Shown: positions 23,156 to 28,235 of the stretch, piece after piece
Layout of the letters: the number at the start of each line of letters is the position of its first letter
How positions within the stretch are numbered: position 1 is the first letter of the stretch
IMG/VR virus record: IMGVR_UViG_3300043410_000565
Coordinates: 1-28,235 of that record
DNA: 28,235 nucleotides
Direction: 5' to 3' (one strand)
Source of the DNA: a virus
Taxonomy: Duplodnaviria > Heunggongvirae > Uroviricota > Caudoviricetes
The notes under the pieces: model-generated
What the model was told of the DNA's origin: nothing
Databases searched by the model: none
The model's input: the letters and a program-made list of their open reading frames with translations, nothing else
Position numbers and translations under genes: made by a program

Positions 23156-24592
23156 ATGAATACTTTTGTTTCAGCCGTTCAAAATCAAGAAGCACGCACT
23201 ACTAACGGCATGCGTGCCCGTAAGTCTACTGCCAATGCGTGCGTAGACCTTTTCTTCAAAATCGGAGCTTCACGTGGTAAAGACATTACCAAGGAATTCG
23301 TTGCAGCTTATGTTGAGAACCGTGAGATCGCTCTGCGTATCGCACAATGGGTTCGTGACGTTCGTGGTGGCGCAGGTGAACGTGAAATCTTCCGTCAAAT
23401 CCTAAAGTACCTAGACAAGCACCACCCAACTGATGCAGCTTTGCTGTTGATGAAAGTACCAGAAATTGGTCGTTGGGATGACATCTTTGTTGTAGAAAAC
23501 AAAGAGAACAAGTATAAGGCATTCGCCATGCTTGGTGACGCACTACGTGCTAAGAACGGCTTGGCTGCTAAGTGGACTCCTCGTAAGGGTGACTTGGCTG
23601 TTGAGATCCGTCAATTCTTCGGCATGTCGCCAAAGTTTTATCGTAAGTCCTTGGTTGAATTGACTAAGGTTGTTGAAACTGACATGTGTGCAAAGAACTG
23701 GGACTCGATTAACTTCAGCCATGTTCCATCTCTGGCTCACTCTCGTTACAAGAAGGCATTCTTCCGTAACACTCAAGAGTATGCCAAGTATGTTGCTGAA
23801 CTGACTAAGGATCCTAAGGATCGTACAGTTCAAGTCAAAATCAATGCAGGTGCGGTTTATCCATACGATGTGTTGAAGGGTGTTATCGGTTCTTACAACA
23901 AGAACTATAACGCAACTGAACTAGGTGCATTGCAAGCCCAATGGGATGCTATGGAAAACTTTGTTGGTGATGCTAACGTATTGCCACTGGTTGACGTATC
24001 AGGCTCAATGTCTTGCCGTGCTGGTGGCGCGAAGTCTACTTCTGCCACTACTTGTATGGATGTTGCAGTTTCTCTTGGTCTGTATATCGCAGACAAGAAC
24101 AAGGGTAAGTTCAAGGATACATTCCTAACTTTCTCTTCTTCTCCAGAGTTGCTGCACCTGAAGGGTAACATCGTTCAGAAGTGCCAACAAATGGTGCGTT
24201 CTAACTGGGGTATGTCTACTGACTTGGTTCGTGCCATGGATAAGATCCTGAGCGTTGCTAAGCAAGGTGGTGTACCACAAGAAGAAATGCCAGAAATGTT
24301 GTTGATCATGTCTGACATGCAATTCAACCAATGCGCTCGTTTCGACGACTCCGCAATGCAAATGATGGCACGTAAGTTTGAAGCAGCAGGATACGAACTG
24401 CCAAAGATCGTGTTCTGGAACCTAAACGCTGCGGACAATGTCCCAGTGAAGTACGATGCTTCGAACGTGGCATTGATCTCTGGTTTCAGTCCACAGATCA
24501 TGGTATCTGTTCTGGGTGGTGATACTGAAAAGTTCACCCCAGAAGCTATCATGATGAAAGCAATCGGTGTAGACCGATATGCTCTAGCCTAA
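23156..24592 (+). CDS. TROVE/Ro60-like protein with C-terminal vWA domain (DUF2828-type)
   Basis: RDVRGGAGER, GRWDD, AAKW.PR helical region; MIDAS DVSGSM, ST, SDMQF, IVFWNL; GGAG SD before ATG 23156. Confidence 0.8.
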   Translation: MNTFVSAVQNQEARTTNGMRARKSTANACVDLFFKIGASRGKDITKEFVAAYVENREIALRIAQWVRDVRGGAGEREIFRQILKYLDKHHPTDAALLLMKVPEIGRWDDIFVVENKENKYKAFAMLGDALRAKNGLAAKWTPRKGDLAVEIRQFFGMSPKFYRKSLVELTKVVETDMCAKNWDSINFSHVPSLAHSRYKKAFFRNTQEYAKYVAELTKDPKDRTVQVKINAGAVYPYDVLKGVIGSYNKNYNATELGALQAQWDAMENFVGDANVLPLVDVSGSMSCRAGGAKSTSATTCMDVAVSLGLYIADKNKGKFKDTFLTFSSSPELLHLKGNIVQKCQQMVRSNWGMSTDLVRAMDKILSVAKQGGVPQEEMPEMLLIMSDMQFNQCARFDDSAMQMMARKFEAAGYELPKIVFWNLNAADNVPVKYDASNVALISGFSPQIMVSVLGGDTEKFTPEAIMMKAIGVDRYALA

Positions 24593-24805
24593 TACCCTAG
24601 TCGCTTGGGGACGGGAAGCGTTGACTGGTGCGCTTAATCACCAGTCACCATAATGAAGTATATTCAACACGGAGTAAGGGTTCTGCAGAACAACTGCTTT
24701 GTGTGCCGCATGGTGACCAGCACCCAAGGTCGAAAAGTAGGGTATCCGTCTAGTATGTGCACAGGAAAAACGGAAACGCACGAATGTATTTCATTATGGT
24801 ATTAT

Positions 24806-24882
24806 GCGGGATTGGTGTTCAATGGTTAGCATGTGAGTCTTCCAAACTTGAGGTACGAGTTCGAATCTCGTATCCCGCTCCA
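24806..24882 (+). tRNA. tRNA-Gly(TCC)
   Basis: CT TCC AA loop; U73; CCA. Confidence 0.9.
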
Positions 24883-24918
24883 TAACTTTGACTTTGTTTT
24901 TATTTAAAAGGTGATTTG

Positions 24919-26025
24919 ATGTCTTATTTCATTCGTAATGGTAACAACTTCCGTATCGCTGCTGAAGAAGCACTCGATATTCAAACGGTTCTCCCCGTTG
25001 GAAACTACACTGTCAAATTCAATGACATGGGTGGCTTTTTCTTTCTAGAAATGGTTGACCAATTTAAACAAGTCCAGAAACTGTACGGTGATACAACTAA
25101 GAATGCATCACGCATTATCCGTACATACTTAGACCGAGACGTTTCAACTGGTGTAATGCTCACTGGTGAAAAAGGCTCTGGTAAATCTCTGCTAGCAAAA
25201 ACTCTTTCAATCGAGGCTGCGTTGCTAGACATTCCAACCATCATCATTAACGATCCATGGGTTGGTGACAACTTCAATAAATTCCTACAAGATATCGAAC
25301 AACCTTGCGTCATTCTGTTTGACGAATTCGAGAAGGTTTACGATAACGAACACCAAGAGAAAGCATTGACTTTGCTTGATGGTGTATTCCCTTCACGCAA
25401 GCTGTTTGTTATCACTTGTAATGACAAGTGGCGTGTCAACGAACATATGCGTAACCGTCCTGGTCGTATCTACTACATGTTGGACTTCAAGGGTCTTGAC
25501 CCAGTGTTCATCCAAGAATACTGCGAGGATGCTTTGGAATCTAAACAATACATCGACAAGATCGTTGAGATCTCTGCGTTGTTCGAGCAATTCAACTTCG
25601 ACATGCTGAAGGCATTGGTTGAAGAAATGAATCGTTACGGTGAATCTCCACAAGACGCATTGAAGATGCTGAACGCAAAACCAGAGTTTAACAACAACGG
25701 TAAGTTCGAGTGCCAGTTGATTGTCAACGGTGAGCCTGTCAAGGATCAAAACGTGCGCACTGAATGGCACGGCAATCCTCTGTCTGGTACTATCGGCTTT
25801 GACTTCTACTCAAAGAACAACTATGGCTTCGGTGGTCAAACTAGCGAAGACTTCGCTCCAATCACTGCTGATGAAGATGGCGAGTTCTGGAATGAGATCT
25901 ACTTCAACCCCAACCACATCGTGAAGGTTGACGCTCAGGCTGGTAAGTTTACATACCAGAAGGATCATGTGTTCTGTGTCTTGACTCGCAAGAAAGAACA
26001 AGGCTACAACTACTTGGCATTCTAA
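24919..26025 (+). CDS. AAA+ ATPase
   Basis: Walker A GEKGSGKS, Walker B ILFDEFEK, and RPGR arginine finger. Confidence 0.88.
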   Translation: MSYFIRNGNNFRIAAEEALDIQTVLPVGNYTVKFNDMGGFFFLEMVDQFKQVQKLYGDTTKNASRIIRTYLDRDVSTGVMLTGEKGSGKSLLAKTLSIEAALLDIPTIIINDPWVGDNFNKFLQDIEQPCVILFDEFEKVYDNEHQEKALTLLDGVFPSRKLFVITCNDKWRVNEHMRNRPGRIYYMLDFKGLDPVFIQEYCEDALESKQYIDKIVEISALFEQFNFDMLKALVEEMNRYGESPQDALKMLNAKPEFNNNGKFECQLIVNGEPVKDQNVRTEWHGNPLSGTIGFDFYSKNNYGFGGQTSEDFAPITADEDGEFWNEIYFNPNHIVKVDAQAGKFTYQKDHVFCVLTRKKEQGYNYLAF

Positions 26026-26034
26026 GGAGATAGT

Positions 26035-26478
26035 ATGGACTTAGCATTATTGGTATATGGTATCTCTTTGCTTCACGGCATTGGAACCTTCGTTGTTATG
26101 TGTATGCTCGCAAGCGGTGCGCTTGCTTTTGTATTCTTCCTTTGGCGAGTGTCCGAGTGTGATGAAAAGAGTTATTACTCAGACAAAGAAAACAAACTGC
26201 GTGTTGAAAATGGAACCATGTGCGAGAAATGGATCAGACGTGGGCTTGTAAGTCTATTCTGTTTTGGTTTGTTCCTTGTGTTCATTCCTACTGAAAAGAC
26301 TGCATATACTATGGTTGGTGCTTATGCTGCACAAAAGGTAGCAGAGAACGATAAGGTTCAGAAGATGTCTGGCAAGGTATTAACTATCATCGAACAAAAG
26401 CTGGATGGCTACATTGAAGACGGTATCAAAGAAGCTGAAGACAAGGTTGAACGTGCAACGAAAAACAAATCGCGATGA
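26035..26478 (+). CDS. membrane protein
   Basis: Two hydrophobic segments; AGGAG SD. Confidence 0.75.
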   Translation: MDLALLVYGISLLHGIGTFVVMCMLASGALAFVFFLWRVSECDEKSYYSDKENKLRVENGTMCEKWIRRGLVSLFCFGLFLVFIPTEKTAYTMVGAYAAQKVAENDKVQKMSGKVLTIIEQKLDGYIEDGIKEAEDKVERATKNKSR

Positions 26479-26953
26479 TTACTTTGTAATCCATTCGACT
26501 ATGCCCTCTGGCTTTGAATGTAAAATTCCAGCCAGAGGTTATAATCTGAAGTCATGGCTTGCGTTTGAGGATAAATTGAACGCTACATACTATTATGAGC
26601 AAACTACCAAGGCTGTTTATGAGCACTTGGTGTTTGGCGATCCAAATGCTGTTATAGATACGGAGGATGATGATGAGCCAAGAGCAAGTAAAGGTAAAGC
26701 ACTCAAAGAGACTGCAACAAAAAGAAAACCACGTAAAGAAGCAAGCGAAGATTCTGAAGGAGTATCAAAATCCAAGCGACCTGCCAAACCGACAGTTAAA
26801 AGAGCCACATCGACTAGCAAAGCGAAAGGCAATGAATTGCGGAAACCCGCAGTGCCTAATGTGCGGAAACCCAAGAAAGACGTTCAAGGAACTAACAATT
26901 CAAGAACAAAGGCAGCACCAAGAACTCGAAATACAAAGAGCAAGACACAGTAA
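26405..26953 (+). CDS. hypothetical protein (start uncertain, perhaps 26501; Lys-rich tail overlaps the next gene)
   Basis: Only ORF covering 26480-26670. Confidence 0.45.
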   Translation: MATLKTVSKKLKTRLNVQRKTNRDDYFVIHSTMPSGFECKIPARGYNLKSWLAFEDKLNATYYYEQTTKAVYEHLVFGDPNAVIDTEDDDEPRASKGKALKETATKRKPRKEASEDSEGVSKSKRPAKPTVKRATSTSKAKGNELRKPAVPNVRKPKKDVQGTNNSRTKAAPRTRNTKSKTQ

Positions 26954-27005
26954 TGGTACTGTGGTTGATGAGATTGAAGTATATTTACAAGTGAGGAACG
27001 GGTAA
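26670..27005 (+). CDS. basic Cys-motif hypothetical protein
   Basis: GGAGG SD; CGNPQCLMCGNPRK...LTIQE motif. Confidence 0.75.
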   Translation: MMSQEQVKVKHSKRLQQKENHVKKQAKILKEYQNPSDLPNRQLKEPHRLAKRKAMNCGNPQCLMCGNPRKTFKELTIQEQRQHQELEIQRARHSNGTVVDEIEVYLQVRNG

Positions 27006-27178
27006 TGAGTATGGAACAATGGAAAGCCGATCGGCTTATGAAGAAAGCAAAGAAGGGTGCACGCAAGGCACTTGAAAAGCAAGGGCATCACCGTAAGACT
27101 GCTGCTAAGTTGGTCAATGCTGCGTTGAAACGAATCCACACCCAGCAAGAGGAACAGAATGATTCACCTAACAATTGA
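27005..27178 (+). CDS. small basic protein (57 aa)
   Basis: TAATG coupling; MSMEQWKADRLMKKAKKGARK... Confidence 0.6.
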   Translation: MSMEQWKADRLMKKAKKGARKALEKQGHHRKTAAKLVNAALKRIHTQQEEQNDSPNN

Positions 27179-27338
27179 GAGTAATACACCTGTTGCTATT
27201 AATCCACAACAAGTATTGTTTGTTAAAGAAGCACCAACATCAGGGTGTGTAATCGTATTCGATAATGAAACACGATTACATGTAAGAAATAGTTATCTTG
27301 ATGTGGTTGGACAGATCGCTGCAACCAATAACACATGA
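27159..27338 (+). CDS. small FlbD-like protein (59 aa)
   Basis: MIHLT...VAINPQQV..V......VIVF.....LHVRNSYLDVV; GAGGA SD. Confidence 0.6.
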   Translation: MIHLTIESNTPVAINPQQVLFVKEAPTSGCVIVFDNETRLHVRNSYLDVVGQIAATNNT

Positions 27339-27697
27339 GATATTATTCATACATCGATTCAGAAGATGATATCGAAATCACCAAACTCGTCTACTCGGAG
27401 AAAGAAATCCTAGACGAGTTTTGGTTACATTGGTCTAACGAAATGAAGGGTAATGGCTTTGGTCATATGATTAACCCTCAATCGTGTGTTGATGATTGGT
27501 GTACTATGCATTGGGCTCAACGTGAAGATGTTTATAAGTTTAAGAACGGGTTTGATGGCAAAGATTTTATTATCAATGAGTTTAACTTTCAAGACCCATC
27601 ATTTAACCTAGCAACTGTCATCTGTTTAAATGATAGTTCAGTGGTGATTGATAGATATGTTAATTTGAGTTTAGAAATGGAGAGAGCTGATGTTTAA
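27335..27697 (+). CDS. hypothetical protein
   Basis: ATGA-coupled ORF. Confidence 0.7.
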   Translation: MRYYSYIDSEDDIEITKLVYSEKEILDEFWLHWSNEMKGNGFGHMINPQSCVDDWCTMHWAQREDVYKFKNGFDGKDFIINEFNFQDPSFNLATVICLNDSSVVIDRYVNLSLEMERADV

Positions 27698-28040
27698 TTT
27701 GTTCAAAGTAAAGAAGTTAGAAGCACAGGTTGAGTCATTGAAGGCTGACTTGAAGCGAGCACGTGAAGAAGCAAGCGCAAAGGTTATGGATGATTGCCAT
27801 GCTTGTGATTTTGTTATTGATTGGAAAAACCTAAATGCGTTCTCTGTTGAGCGTCATGGTGGTCCAAAGACAGCATACACAATTATTGGTTACTATGCTG
27901 GCACAGGTGAACAAAAGCAAGTTGAAGAATGGAAGTTCTTCTGCTCACAAGAACAACATAATAAATTAGCACAGGAATTTAGAGATGGAATTGCCAAAAA
28001 AGCTGATATTGCCTTGCGGGAATACAGCACTTCTACATGA
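27690..28040 (+). CDS. hypothetical protein
   Basis: GGAG SD; coupled ORF. Confidence 0.7.
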   Translation: MFNLFKVKKLEAQVESLKADLKRAREEASAKVMDDCHACDFVIDWKNLNAFSVERHGGPKTAYTIIGYYAGTGEQKQVEEWKFFCSQEQHNKLAQEFRDGIAKKADIALREYSTST

Positions 28041-28188
28041 ACTAGAGAATCAATATTACTGTAATTATTGCCACTTTGTAGTTGGCTCAAGTGAAGAACC
28101 ATCGGAGTGTAAACGCAAACGCGAAGAAGCCGAACCTATTAAAAACGATTATTGGATGAATATAAATGACGAACCAGAACAGCACTGA
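27985..28188 (+). CDS. small Zn-ribbon-like protein
   Basis: LPCG...YYCNYC...C. Confidence 0.6.
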   Translation: MELPKKLILPCGNTALLHELENQYYCNYCHFVVGSSEEPSECKRKREEAEPIKNDYWMNINDEPEQH

Positions 28189-28235
28189 AATTAAAAGCAC
28201 ATTGACTGATGAGCAAATCGTTGCCATTGCCCAGA
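28166..28235 (+). CDS. partial ORF running off the window
   Basis: MTNQNSTEIKSTLTDEQIVAIAQ... Confidence 0.4.
   Translation, partial: MTNQNSTEIKSTLTDEQIVAIAQ

Noticed and set aside
22882-23195. ORFs 22882-23088 (+) and 22929-23195 (-)
   Set aside because: They span a promoter and ncRNA element 9; likely spurious.

Overview
A segment of a large T4-like (myovirus-type) phage genome; essentially all real genes lie on the + strand. Positions 1-12.3 kb carry metabolic and replication genes: an HD hydrolase, the NAD+ salvage pair NadM-Nudix/NadV, MazG, a PTP-like phosphatase, DsbA, RNase H, exported proteins, dCMP deaminase and a late internal-head-like protein. Positions 12.3-24.9 kb form a translation island. 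It holds 34 tRNA or tRNA-like genes covering all 20 amino acids (including Ser-AGA, Thr-AGT and an amber CUA suppressor), plus bS21, GroES, an HNH endonuclease and a TROVE/Ro60-like vWA (DUF2828-type) protein. Three apparent regulatory or RNA systems stand out. (1) Nine ncRNAs share a covarying terminal stem and CNGCA...GTTG motifs and carry permuted or partial tRNA mimics next to the Ro60-like gene, resembling Y RNAs. (2) A leaderless 46-codon peptide uses all 20 amino acids and 38 different codons and overlaps an antiterminator/terminator in front of the tRNA array. (3) An amber-containing mini-ORF ending RPP-stop, directly after the amber suppressor tRNA, abuts a hairpin that hides the next gene's ribosome-binding site. 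All calls were made by eye with no database searches; coordinates may be off by a few nt, and novelty is unverified.
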